This document shows, one piece after another, positions 1 to 8,943 of a stretch of 64,000 bases of DNA (position 1 is its first letter; each line of letters begins with the position of its first letter). The position numbers and the translations under genes are program-made. The DNA comes from a virus (Duplodnaviria > Caudoviricetes). The notes below the pieces were generated by a model. That model was given only the letters and a program-made list of their open reading frames with translations. It was not told the DNA's origin and did no database searches. The stretch spans positions 9,883 to 73,882 of the IMG/VR virus record IMGVR_UViG_2706796244_000001. One strand, 5' to 3'.

Positions 1-777
1 TCCGAGGCCGTGCCCAAGGAAGTCTTCGGCGAAGGCCTAGCACTCCAGGTCTTCTACCGGGTCATGCAGACCGTGGCGCCGGCAGCATGGGAGCTGAACG
101 AGTCGTTTCTGTCCATGTGGGATACCGAAGCCACCGAGTACGAATGGATCCTGCCCGACAACTTCCATGTACGCACGAAGGTCATGACCACCGTGACGAA
201 CGTGGTCCAGTGGTTCGGTGCTCCTGTGGAAGTGACACACCAGATCAACGCTCCCAAGGAGAAGGGCCGTTCGCTCGGCGCCAACTGCATCCACTCCGTG
301 GATGGTTTTGTGGTGCGTGAAATGGTGCGTCGTTGCAGCTACAGCAAGAAGCGTGTCAACGAGGTGCTGCTGGCCCTGGATCGTGCCCGGGAGGAATGGG
401 AAGTAGACGATGAGGATGCCCGCATGGTGCAGATCCTCATGCAGCGCTACCGCGAGAGCGGCTTCTTGTCGGCTCGAATCCTGGACCACATCACCGTGGA
501 CAACGCCATGCTGGTGGACAAGCAGGCAGTGCGCGATCTGATCGATGAACTGCCGAGCAAGCCCTTCAAGGTGCTGACGATCCACGACTGCTTCCAGTGC
601 CTGCCCCACTACGGGAATGACCTGCGCAAGCAGTACAACCTGATCCTGGCCCACATTGGCGCCAGCGATACGCTGAGCTTCCTGCTCAGCCAGATTCTGA
701 AGACAGAGTTCAAGGTGCCCCAGCTGGATCCCCAGATGTGGTATGAGATCCTGGAGTCGGAGTACGCACTTAGCTAA
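1..777 (+). CDS. RNA polymerase II subunit 2 (N4 gp16-like, T7-type RNAP C-terminal half), 5'-truncated by the window edge
   Basis: Frame is open from base 1. Contains SLGANCIHSVDG (cf. T7 PNFVHSQDG) and motif C TIHDCF. Followed by an Ig-domain gene as in N4. Confidence 0.93.
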   Translation, partial: SEAVPKEVFGEGLALQVFYRVMQTVAPAAWELNESFLSMWDTEATEYEWILPDNFHVRTKVMTTVTNVVQWFGAPVEVTHQINAPKEKGRSLGANCIHSVDGFVVREMVRRCSYSKKRVNEVLLALDRAREEWEVDDEDARMVQILMQRYRESGFLSARILDHITVDNAMLVDKQAVRDLIDELPSKPFKVLTIHDCFQCLPHYGNDLRKQYNLILAHIGASDTLSFLLSQILKTEFKVPQLDPQMWYEILESEYALS

Positions 778-780
778 AAT

Positions 781-816
781 GGCCAAACCTCGCAAGAGGT
801 TTGGCCTTTATTTTTT
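781..816 (+). terminator. Rho-independent terminator after RNAP2
   Basis: GGCCAAACCTC-GCAA-GAGGTTTGGCC (11-bp stem) followed by TTTATTTTTT. Confidence 0.9.
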
Positions 817-834
817 ATCAGATAGGAACCCTCC

Positions 835-1380
835 ATGGCTGCTACTCACAAGATCACCTACAACCCCCTGACCCGTGAGGCTCAGGTACTGCCACTGGCA
901 ACTGCCAATCCGGCAGGCTTCACCAAGATTGGTGAATTCGACAGCGAGACGCTGAAGCAGTACCCCGTCTGCCTGCACGTCCGCGATGCCCTGTACTTTG
1001 TGAAGCACAGCACGAATCCTCCGACTGCCGGCTTCTGGCCCGAGAACGAGACGGACATGGCACGCATCACCATCACGATGCCCACGGCACCTGCCGTGAT
1101 TCCCGTCGATTTCATCTCGCCCAATGAAGCGACCGTGACGGTCAATGTGGGCGCCACGCACCAGAACGCGATCTTCTACAACCCCGAAAACGCAACCGTG
1201 AAGACCCTCACGGTCTCTTCGTCTGCCCCGGGCGTAGCCACGGCGGTCTTTGACGGTCCTCTTGGCGGCGGCAGCCAAGCAACCGGCGTGACGGTCACGG
1301 GTGTGGCAGCAGGTGAAGCCACTATCACCCTCACCACCAATAACGGCAAGACTGCCACCTTCACGGTTACGGTTTCCTAA
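835..1380 (+). CDS. Ig-like (Big_2) domain capsid decoration protein (N4 gp17-like)
   Basis: C-terminal Thr/Val-rich Ig signature (TVSSSAPGVATAV...GVAAGEATITLTTNNGKTATFTVTVS). Lies immediately after RNAP2 as in N4. Confidence 0.8.
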   Translation: MAATHKITYNPLTREAQVLPLATANPAGFTKIGEFDSETLKQYPVCLHVRDALYFVKHSTNPPTAGFWPENETDMARITITMPTAPAVIPVDFISPNEATVTVNVGATHQNAIFYNPENATVKTLTVSSSAPGVATAVFDGPLGGGSQATGVTVTGVAAGEATITLTTNNGKTATFTVTVS

Positions 1381-1446
1381 GTCAAGCCGCACCCTTGAGT
1401 GCTTTTTTGGTTGGGTTCGCCTAGCTGAACTATCTCTCTTCTTGCA

Positions 1447-1479
1447 GCCCCCTCGCCGAAAGGCTTGGGGGCATTTTTT
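1447..1479 (+). terminator. Probable terminator
   Basis: GCCCCC-tc-GCC-GAAA-GGC-tt-GGGGGC followed by ATTTTTT. Confidence 0.65.
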
Positions 1480-1512
1480 ATGGACCAACAACCCATCTTC
1501 AAGGAGATCCTC

Positions 1513-1953
1513 ATGAGCAAACCCCGCAAGGGCATCAACCTCTTCAAGGAGGCCCTGCAACACATGCCGCCCTGCCGATCCAAGGAACGCCACTGGCTGA
1601 CCAAAGGCATGGATGGCATCTACGCACTGAGCATGGAAGGCGCACTGCAACGTGCTGCCCATCGCATCGACAACCATCCGGTGCGCTCCGCAGCATTGGC
1701 CCGCAAGTTCCGACTGCACATCCAGCGCTGCCTGAACGGCGGCCGGACATATCGCCAATGCGGCCAGCAGATCCGCTACGTCTCGCTGAGCCAGTGGCTG
1801 ACCGACTGCCACAAGCCCTTCCGTGATTGGGAAAAGCGGCAGGACTGCCACCGCGATGTGATGTACGCAATCCGCAACCACTCCTTCGATTGGATGTGCC
1901 ACCTGGCCGACCAATGGGAGCGCCGGGAGATCATGTATGGCGGCCGCAAGTAA
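1513..1953 (+). CDS. Hypothetical protein (146 aa)
   Basis: AAGGAG at 1501 precedes ATG 1513. Phage-like codon usage. Confidence 0.7.
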   Translation: MSKPRKGINLFKEALQHMPPCRSKERHWLTKGMDGIYALSMEGALQRAAHRIDNHPVRSAALARKFRLHIQRCLNGGRTYRQCGQQIRYVSLSQWLTDCHKPFRDWEKRQDCHRDVMYAIRNHSFDWMCHLADQWERREIMYGGRK

Positions 1954-2404
1954 CCCCTTCACCAAGGCCCGCCAGCACCTGGTGACGCTGGAGGAATCGG
2001 ACCACCTGCGTTCGCTGAAGTCCCGTTCCCGTGAATGGGCCGAGGCATCTCGCCAATTGGGCTCCATCAAGAGCCTGGAGATCACTGGGGCACTGCACCG
2101 TGCACGCATGTGCGCAGGCATCGGGGAAGACCTGCTGATGCTCCGTATGGCTCAGCAGTACGTCTACAACCTCCAGGGCAACTACTTCATCTCGGCATTT
2201 CTCATCCGGGCTGGAGTGCCCCGCAAGCAGATGCTGGACCGCGGCGCCGTCCAGGTCTACCTGCACCGCTGGCTCACCCACCTGGAAGGCCAGTACCGCA
2301 GCGGGCAACTCCCTTTTGGCCGCCAGCGTCCTTCCCCCGTGGTTCGTGCCCGGCCTGTTCCTGTTCCTGTTCCTGTTCGTCTTCAACAAGGAGCTCAGCA
2401 ATGA
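1937..2404 (+). CDS. Hypothetical protein, possible paralog of the upstream gene
   Basis: Overlaps both neighbours. Shares GAL.RA and W..HL..Q motifs with 1513-1953. Confidence 0.7.
   Translation: MAAASNPFTKARQHLVTLEESDHLRSLKSRSREWAEASRQLGSIKSLEITGALHRARMCAGIGEDLLMLRMAQQYVYNLQGNYFISAFLIRAGVPRKQMLDRGAVQVYLHRWLTHLEGQYRSGQLPFGRQRPSPVVRARPVPVPVPVRLQQGAQQ
2354..2377. repeat. (CCTGTT)x4 microsatellite encoding PVPVPVPV
   Basis: Four exact 6-bp copies read directly from the sequence. Confidence 0.9.
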
Positions 2405-2769
2405 ATTTCCGTCCCCTCCCCAAGTACAGCAGCCAGGCGATGCTGCGTGCTGCGTGCATAGATATGCAGGCGGCGAACCAACGCACCTACAACCTGGCTG
2501 TCTACTACCGCGACCGGTTCCTTGAGCGCTCCCAACGCCCCAAGGACTGGGATGCCATCACCGGCTCCACCAAGCAGGCGGCCATCACCAGCCAAGGCAT
2601 CCTCCGTGAGCGATCAGCCCAAGAGCGCTACATGCGTGGCCTGGATGAAGGCCTGGTGCTTGATGACCCGGGCCCGGCCTGCTCCGTCTGCGGTGGCCAC
2701 AGCAACGTCGTGCACATGGGCGGCTCGATCCCCTATCTGTGCGACAACCCCGAGTGCATCCCTTTCTGA
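2401..2769 (+). CDS. Hypothetical protein with C-terminal zinc finger
   Basis: AAGGAG RBS before ATG 2401. CSVC...CDNPEC motif. Confidence 0.72.
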   Translation: MNFRPLPKYSSQAMLRAACIDMQAANQRTYNLAVYYRDRFLERSQRPKDWDAITGSTKQAAITSQGILRERSAQERYMRGLDEGLVLDDPGPACSVCGGHSNVVHMGGSIPYLCDNPECIPF

Positions 2770-2785
2770 ACCAAGGAGAAAACCT

Positions 2786-3034
2786 ATGGCATTTGCCATC
2801 ATGAACATCGTCCTCGCGCCGATGAAAGACTTCCCGAAGGACAGCGCTCCCCGGGACTACTACGTCCTGCGGGATATCGACGGCGAGTACGACGTGGTGC
2901 TTGCGTACCGCGACTACCAAGGCCGCTGGCGTTCCTATGACGACTGCGAGAACATTCCAGGTGAAGTCCTGGCCTGGGCCAACGTGCCGTCGCAGGAAGA
3001 GCTCAAGGAAATGCTTGCAAAGGTGCAATCCTGA
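2786..3034 (+). CDS. Small hypothetical protein (DUF551-like)
   Basis: AAGGAG RBS. The pattern VVLAY...WRSYD...EVLAW resembles small phage DUF551-type domains. Confidence 0.65.
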   Translation: MAFAIMNIVLAPMKDFPKDSAPRDYYVLRDIDGEYDVVLAYRDYQGRWRSYDDCENIPGEVLAWANVPSQEELKEMLAKVQS

Positions 3035-3276
3035 TGGCCCGTGCATACGCAGTCTTCATTGCCATCCTCGTCCTGATCGTCGTGCTGTTCCAGCTGGCGA
3101 TCAACGAGGTCCAGGCCAAGAAGCAATCACCTGTCATCAACCGCGTAGAACCCCGAAACCATGGCATGGAGTCCATGTGTTTCGAGGGTGTCTACGTGTT
3201 CATCAACAACCATGGCCACATGTTCCAGCCCGTAGGCCACAAGGGCAGTGGCATCTTCTGTGAGGACCGCCCTTGA
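3034..3276 (+). CDS. Small membrane-anchored protein
   Basis: N-terminal hydrophobic helix AVFIAILVLIVVLFQL. TGATG coupling to the previous gene. Confidence 0.7.
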   Translation: MARAYAVFIAILVLIVVLFQLAINEVQAKKQSPVINRVEPRNHGMESMCFEGVYVFINNHGHMFQPVGHKGSGIFCEDRP

Positions 3277-3293
3277 ACATCCGCCCCCGTCCC

Positions 3294-3425
3294 ATGAAAC
3301 CCCATCTGGCGTGGGATGCCAGCCTGAAGTGCTGGCTCGTCCGCCCGAGTTCTTGTTTGGTTGGGCACTACGCAAAAGCGCTCGACTTGACCCTCACCAT
3401 CAACGCTCTCAATAGGAAGCACTGA
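3294..3425 (+). CDS. Possible 43-aa ORF (MKPHLAWDASLKCWLVRP...)
   Basis: Below the ORF-track cutoff. Fills the gap and ends 1 nt before the next ATG, but has no clear RBS. Confidence 0.3.
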   Translation: MKPHLAWDASLKCWLVRPSSCLVGHYAKALDLTLTINALNRKH

Positions 3426-3426
3426 A

Positions 3427-3774
3427 ATGAAAAACACCCGTATCGCCGGCATCATGTCCCTGGCCGCTGGCCTTGCAGCATCCGCTGGCGCAGGCATTGC
3501 CAACTTCTTCACCGGCTCGGGCCCGACAGCCTCGCTGGTCAAGCCCGTGAAGACCGGCTCCGGTTCTCGTGCTGCCCGTTCGGCCCGCTTCCAGGCCAGC
3601 CCCGGCATCTTCAGCAGTGAATCTGCCCGTGGCATGCCCGTGGCGCCGTTCTACCAGCGTCCGCACTACGACACGCCGGCTGATCGTGCCCGCATCCAGG
3701 CGGCGCAGGACAAGCGTGACCGCAAGGCCGCCAAGCGCCGTGCCATCCTGAACAAGCAGGGCATCCTGGCATGA
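3427..3774 (+). CDS. Hypothetical basic, Ala/Gly-rich protein
   Basis: AGGAAG upstream, phage-like codon usage, ATGA overlap with the next gene. Confidence 0.7.
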   Translation: MKNTRIAGIMSLAAGLAASAGAGIANFFTGSGPTASLVKPVKTGSGSRAARSARFQASPGIFSSESARGMPVAPFYQRPHYDTPADRARIQAAQDKRDRKAAKRRAILNKQGILA

Positions 3775-4499
3775 AGATCGTCGCACTCATCGGTGATCGT
3801 GGCACCGGCAAATCCCGAGCCCTGTACCACATCGCTTCTGCCACAGGTGCCTGCATCCTGACCAACAGCGATAGCGATTCAGCCAAGCTGAATGCGCTGC
3901 GCCAGCATGCTGCCTCGGGCCGTCCCATCGGCTACGTGGCAGTGCTGGACGAGGCCAGCAGTCCCTCCATCCAGTTCCTCCAGAACCTGGACGGCTACGA
4001 CGAGTACACCGTCTACGTGGTGCCTGCTACCACCGCTGCCCACGACCTGCTGGGCATCGAGACCGAGGCCATGCGTGAAGAGCAGGACTCGCTGGTGCCG
4101 GCCAAGGGTGAGCCTGCCAAACCCGAGTACGTGACCGGCTACGCCGCCATGCTCATACAGCCCATCAGCTGCGATGAAGTGGCCCTGGCAAATTCCCAGC
4201 TGGAAACGGCCTACGGCATTGACGACAGCTGGGACTTCCGTTTCAGCGTGTCGGACGATGGCTGCCTGCTCTTCGCCAAGCACACCTACAACAGCGCCAG
4301 CAACGAGATCTTCTCGGTGCTGCCTGGCGTGGAAATCCCCCGTGTGCTCACCGCCATCCAGGCCGTGACGGAATACGTCGGCGGCCACGACTTCAACGTC
4401 GTGCCGTCCAGCGTGCAGCCCATCGCCTCCACCCGTGAAAAGGTCGGCCACGTCTCGCTGGCCAACTTCTACAAGCTCTCGAAGGGCATGGACATCTGA
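3771..4499 (+). CDS. P-loop NTPase-domain protein with an unknown C-terminal domain
   Basis: Walker A GDRGTGKS at the N-terminus and Walker-B-like VAVLDEA. Confidence 0.7.
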   Translation: MKIVALIGDRGTGKSRALYHIASATGACILTNSDSDSAKLNALRQHAASGRPIGYVAVLDEASSPSIQFLQNLDGYDEYTVYVVPATTAAHDLLGIETEAMREEQDSLVPAKGEPAKPEYVTGYAAMLIQPISCDEVALANSQLETAYGIDDSWDFRFSVSDDGCLLFAKHTYNSASNEIFSVLPGVEIPRVLTAIQAVTEYVGGHDFNVVPSSVQPIASTREKVGHVSLANFYKLSKGMDI

Positions 4500-4501
4500 C
4501 C

Positions 4502-5131
4502 ATGACGCATCTCCACAACCTACACAAGCGTGGGGATGCCTTCGGGCAATCCCACGCACAACTGCTGGACTATGTGCTCCAGTTCTCCACGGCCCGTCTG
4601 CTGCCCAACGGCGCACGGTTCGCATCATCGCCCTTCCAGGACTGCTCTTTGAGCGATCTGCGCAAGGGCGATCTTGTGCTCACCATGTGCCATTCGGTGC
4701 ACGACTTCCGCCTCTCCTGGTTCCTGGGAGAGACCCGTGAAAACGGGCAGGAGATCCTGCTGAAGTCCACCCGCACCGGCGAAGAAGTCTGGTGGTCCAG
4801 CATCAGCGTGGCCCGCTTCAGCAAGCCCGAAGAGATCATGGACCGCTGGCGCTGGACCAACGAGCAGCACGAATTCAACAAGCGTTGGGTGAAGGCCTGC
4901 AAAAGCGTTGACAGCTTCATGCGTCCCCACGATCCCAAGTTCGACAAGGACACCGGCCTGGTGTACCTGGGCGTCAGCTACCGCTTCGGCATGGGCCCTG
5001 AAGGCGGCTTCTTTGACGAACTGCCTCGCGAAGGCCTGGACTGGAAAGCCCTGGTCAAGCAGGTGAAGGCCTTCAAGGCCAAATACGAAGCCTGGTGCGA
5101 ACAGCGCAAGGCACACATCACGAACCAGTAA
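4502..5131 (+). CDS. Hypothetical protein (209 aa)
   Basis: Tightly packed ORF with phage-like codon usage. Confidence 0.7.
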   Translation: MTHLHNLHKRGDAFGQSHAQLLDYVLQFSTARLLPNGARFASSPFQDCSLSDLRKGDLVLTMCHSVHDFRLSWFLGETRENGQEILLKSTRTGEEVWWSSISVARFSKPEEIMDRWRWTNEQHEFNKRWVKACKSVDSFMRPHDPKFDKDTGLVYLGVSYRFGMGPEGGFFDELPREGLDWKALVKQVKAFKAKYEAWCEQRKAHITNQ

Positions 5132-5141
5132 GGAAAAACCA

Positions 5142-6221
5142 GTGTCCAAGAATCCCACCGCCAATGCGTATGCGGTCACACCCCGAACGGCCATCCAACA
5201 GATCCAGCTTGTGCTGGCAGGTGGCCGTGTCCCCTATCTCCGTGGCTCGCCGGGTATCGGCAAGAGCGCAATCGTTCGCAAGATTGCGGCCATGGCCAAC
5301 CTCCTGATCATCGACCACCGCCTGTCCACCAGTGCGCCCGAAGATCTCTCCGGCCTGCCCCGCTTCGATGCGGACGGCAAGGCTCGCTTCAGCCCGTTCG
5401 CTGACCTGTTCCCGCTGGAAGGTCAGGCGCTGCCCGTCAACCCGGCGACAGGCCGGCAATACAGCGGCTGGCTGCTCTTCCTGGACGAGTTCAACTCGGC
5501 TTCCAAGGATGTGCAGGCGGCAGCGTACAAGCTGATCCTGGACCGCATGGTCGGCCAGCACCGCATCCACCCGGACTGCTACATGGTGGCAGCCGGCAAC
5601 AAGGACACCGACCGTGCCATCACCAACCCGATGAGCACGGCCATGCAGTCCCGGGTGGTCCACCTGTTCCTGGAGTTCAACTTCAAGGAATGGATGGAAG
5701 ACGTGGTGGTCAGCCAGAAGTGGCACCCCACGGTGCGTGCATTCCTGGAGCAGGCCGGCACTGCTGCCGCCTACGACTTCAACCCATCGAACCAGGAAGC
5801 CACGTACTGCTGCCCCCGAACCTGGGAGTTCATGAGCGACTTCATGTACCAGATCGAAGACCTGGCTTCGGCCAAGGAATTCACGCCCACGTTCGCAGGC
5901 ACCATCAGCGCCAACATCGCCGTGCAGTTCGTCACGTTCACAGGCAACTTCCTGAACTTGCCGTCGTTCTCCGAGATCCTGAAGGATCCGAAGAATGCAC
6001 CGATCCCGTCGTCGGCTGGTGAGCAGTACGCCATCATTTCCATGGCCTCCATCAGGGCCAACAAGGATGAGTTCGACGCACTCATGGAATACGCCATGCG
6101 GTTCCAAGTCACCTTCCAACTGATGTTCTTCCGTTCGAGTCGCCTGACGTACCCGGACGCCCGCCGCCACAAGTCCTTCATGGATGCGGCTGTCAAACTG
6201 GACCAGTACCTCCATGACTGA
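5142..6221 (+). CDS. MoxR/CbbQ-like AAA+ ATPase (N4 gp24-like)
   Basis: Walker A GSPGIGKS, Walker B LLFLDEFN, sensor-1 AAGN, and CPRTWE. AAGGA RBS with GTG start. Confidence 0.88.
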   Translation: MSKNPTANAYAVTPRTAIQQIQLVLAGGRVPYLRGSPGIGKSAIVRKIAAMANLLIIDHRLSTSAPEDLSGLPRFDADGKARFSPFADLFPLEGQALPVNPATGRQYSGWLLFLDEFNSASKDVQAAAYKLILDRMVGQHRIHPDCYMVAAGNKDTDRAITNPMSTAMQSRVVHLFLEFNFKEWMEDVVVSQKWHPTVRAFLEQAGTAAAYDFNPSNQEATYCCPRTWEFMSDFMYQIEDLASAKEFTPTFAGTISANIAVQFVTFTGNFLNLPSFSEILKDPKNAPIPSSAGEQYAIISMASIRANKDEFDALMEYAMRFQVTFQLMFFRSSRLTYPDARRHKSFMDAAVKLDQYLHD

Positions 6222-6597
6222 AGCACGAGCAATCACCCATCTCATCCGCATCACGGATGACTGGCAGGAAACCTCTGTTGGCGCCAGCCTGCGCATGAGC
6301 GTGGAACGCTTCCGCATCCTGCGCCGCACTCCAAAGGGATGCTGGATCGAAGCCAATGGCCGCAAGGCTGAACGCTTTGTGCTGGACGGCAACGGTAAGC
6401 GCTTCGCCTACCCCACGCTGGAGTTGGCCATGGACAGCTACCGCATCCGCAAGCGCCGCCAGATCCAGTATCTGGCTGCCCAGCTGGAGCGTGCCGAAGG
6501 CTACGGCAAGATGGCCGAGGCCACCAAGCAGGGCATGAAGATCGTGCCCGGCGTCTTCGGCCTCGAATGGGTCGAACCAGTGGAGAAGGAGCAGTGA
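6214..6597 (+). CDS. Hypothetical protein (127 aa)
   Basis: ATG 6214 overlaps the AAA stop. Phage-like codon usage. Confidence 0.65.
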   Translation: MTEARAITHLIRITDDWQETSVGASLRMSVERFRILRRTPKGCWIEANGRKAERFVLDGNGKRFAYPTLELAMDSYRIRKRRQIQYLAAQLERAEGYGKMAEATKQGMKIVPGVFGLEWVEPVEKEQ

Positions 6598-6872
6598 GTA
6601 CCAATCCCTATGCCCAGTACACCGGCAGCGGGGATTGCGATGGCAGCGTGCAGCATAACGCTGTGCCTGCCAGCAAGGTGCCCGCATTCGTCACCCTGCT
6701 GAACGGCCTGGCCTTGCGGTTGGGCTCGGTCAACAAGGCCTGCAACGTGATCAAGGTGCCCATCACCCGGTGGAACCAGATCGCCGCAGGTGATCTCCCG
6801 CTGACGGACCTGATTGCCCGGCGCATCCTGGCGGCGCACAAGGCCCACAAGCACCTGAAGCCCAAGCGGTAA
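6594..6872 (+). CDS. Small protein with a possible HTH fold
   Basis: GTG start after AAGGAG. GSVNKACNVIKVPITRWNQIAAG resembles an XRE-type HTH. Confidence 0.55.
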   Translation: MSTNPYAQYTGSGDCDGSVQHNAVPASKVPAFVTLLNGLALRLGSVNKACNVIKVPITRWNQIAAGDLPLTDLIARRILAAHKAHKHLKPKR

Positions 6873-6882
6873 GGAGAACCCC

Positions 6883-8100
6883 ATGGACACGAAACCACCT
6901 GTCGAGCCGGCAGTCATTGCCGACCTGAGCACGTTGGATCCGAACATGCTCCAGCGCTCGCTGGACATTGCAAAGACCGCGGCTTTCCTGGGGAAGACTG
7001 GCGCCTTCCTGGGCACGATCCTATGCGCTACGCCATGGATCTGGTCCAAGGAACTGGACACCGCAGGCACTGATGCCTACAGCATCGTCTGCGATCCCCA
7101 CTGGTGGCTGAAGCTGCCCAAGGCCACCCAGGCATTCATCCTGCTGCATGAGATCTGGCACATCGCTGCGCTGCACAGGCTGCGCAGAGGCCACCGACAC
7201 CACCGGGTCTGGAACATCGCCTGCGATATCTGGATCAACAACCGGCTGCGCAAGGACGGGTACACCAACGTCGGCTTCGACGGATGGTTCCGTGCCGGCC
7301 TGCCGGACGAGATGACCGAAGAGGAAATCTACGATCTCCTGATGGAGGAAGCCGGCCACGACCCGGACCACAACTTCAAGGATTCGCCTTGGGGTCTGGT
7401 CAACGTGCCCAACAAAGGCCCGACCGATGTGGGTGATCTGATCCCTCCTGTCGAGGAAGAGGAAGACGATGCGGGGATCATCCACCGAGTCGTCAGCGGC
7501 ATCGTTGCCCAGCAGACCATGAGCTCGGCAGCCAACCTGCCCCCGGCCATCGAGAAGCTGGTGAACACCTGGTTGAAGCCTGTGGTGCCGTGGGAAAGCG
7601 CACTCCAGCGCTGGCTCACTGAATTGCAGGAGAGCGGCCACACCTGGCGCCGGCCCAACCGTCGGTACTCCGACATGTACCTTCCGTCCCGCACGGAAGA
7701 GGATGGCAAGCTGCGGAATATCCGCGCCTACATCGACGTGTCGGGTTCGATTGACGCCGCTCAGGCCACCCGCTTCTTCAGCGAGATGCGCTTCGTGAAG
7801 GACTGGTTCAAACCGGACACCCTCACGCTGGTGCAGTTCGATGACAACATCCGCTGCGAGGACGTGATCGGCCCCGACCAGACCATCGAGAAGATCGAAC
7901 TGGTAGGCCGGGGTGGCACCGACCTCGAACCAGTTAGGAAGGATATCGAAGAGCACCGCCCGAGCGCCGTCATCATCTTCACCGATGGTGGCTGCAATCT
8001 CATGGCAGAGCTTTCCTGGGATTGCCCGCTGATCTGGATCATCATCCGGGGCCCACACCACCAGCCGATCCAGGGCAAAACCTTCCACATCATGAACTAG
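6883..8100 (+). CDS. Metallopeptidase-like + VWA domain protein (N4 gp25-like)
   Basis: HEIWH (HExxH), MIDAS DVSGS, GRGGTD and FTDG motifs. Confidence 0.87.
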   Translation: MDTKPPVEPAVIADLSTLDPNMLQRSLDIAKTAAFLGKTGAFLGTILCATPWIWSKELDTAGTDAYSIVCDPHWWLKLPKATQAFILLHEIWHIAALHRLRRGHRHHRVWNIACDIWINNRLRKDGYTNVGFDGWFRAGLPDEMTEEEIYDLLMEEAGHDPDHNFKDSPWGLVNVPNKGPTDVGDLIPPVEEEEDDAGIIHRVVSGIVAQQTMSSAANLPPAIEKLVNTWLKPVVPWESALQRWLTELQESGHTWRRPNRRYSDMYLPSRTEEDGKLRNIRAYIDVSGSIDAAQATRFFSEMRFVKDWFKPDTLTLVQFDDNIRCEDVIGPDQTIEKIELVGRGGTDLEPVRKDIEEHRPSAVIIFTDGGCNLMAELSWDCPLIWIIIRGPHHQPIQGKTFHIMN

Positions 8101-8109
8101 GAGAGCTCA

Positions 8110-8622
8110 TTGATCATCAACCGCCAGTTCCTCCGTCGTCTGCGTCCCATCATCGGGATGCTGACCGGCAAGACACAGGCCCATGGCGTGAGCCACGGCC
8201 TCAGTGAGGCAGGCTACGACATTCGCATCGCAGAGAACGTGCTGCATGTCCCCATGCTGGGGCTGCTGCCGTTCACCCTGCGGTGGGGTGGCGCCGGCCT
8301 GCCGTCGATCCGTATGGGTCGATTCATGCTCGCCAGTGCCATGGAAGAGTTCGACATGCATCCGTCCCTTGTGGGCGTAGTGCACGACAAGTCTTCCTGG
8401 GCCCGCCGCTGCATGACCGTCTGCAACACGGTGGCCGAGCCAGGCTGGAAAGGGTTCCTCACGCTGGAGCTCATCTTCCACTCCTGGCTCATCCCCGTGT
8501 TCGTCCGTCAGGGCTCGGGCATTGCCCAAGTCCTATTCCATGAAGTCGCCCAACCTGCGAAGTACGCAGGCAAGTACCAAGGGCAGGAAGCCGGCCCACA
8601 GGCCGCAAGGAAATCCAAATGA
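8110..8622 (+). CDS. dcd: dCTP deaminase (N4 gp26-like)
   Basis: GYDIR, KSSWAR and AEPGWKGFLTLEL motifs. TTG start. Confidence 0.88.
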   Translation: MIINRQFLRRLRPIIGMLTGKTQAHGVSHGLSEAGYDIRIAENVLHVPMLGLLPFTLRWGGAGLPSIRMGRFMLASAMEEFDMHPSLVGVVHDKSSWARRCMTVCNTVAEPGWKGFLTLELIFHSWLIPVFVRQGSGIAQVLFHEVAQPAKYAGKYQGQEAGPQAARKSK

Positions 8623-8855
8623 ATGAAGCTCTGATCGTTCTGACCGCACTGCACTCCAGCGCTGTTGTTCTGCAATTCGACGTGGCCCGCATCGGTATGG
8701 TGTGCACTGCCAGTTCCGGCCTGAAGAAGGACGGCACCGTGATCGAATACATGGTGAACGGCGATCTGCGCGTGTACCATGTCCGCGAGACCGTGACCGA
8801 AATCACCAAGCGCATGCAGGTCGCAACGCAGCAAGCCATGAGCTTGCGCCGCTAA
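8619..8855 (+). CDS. Small hypothetical protein
   Basis: AAGGA RBS and ATGA overlap. Confidence 0.6.
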   Translation: MNEALIVLTALHSSAVVLQFDVARIGMVCTASSGLKKDGTVIEYMVNGDLRVYHVRETVTEITKRMQVATQQAMSLRR

Positions 8856-8888
8856 ACGCCACAGCTGGTGTTTGGTTTGTAGACCCTG

Positions 8889-8920
8889 AATGGGCCCCAA
8901 TCCGGGGCCCATTTTTTATT
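8889..8920 (+). terminator. Rho-independent terminator
   Basis: AATGGGCCCC-AATCC-GGGGCCCATT followed by TTTTATT. Confidence 0.85.
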
Positions 8921-8943
8921 CATCCGTTTTCCGAGAGGAACCC

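Noticed and set aside
2316-2525. 69-aa + strand ORF with an LFLFLFLF stretch as an independent gene
   Set aside because: TTG start without an SD, and it overlaps two better-supported genes. Noted only as a possible alternate frame.
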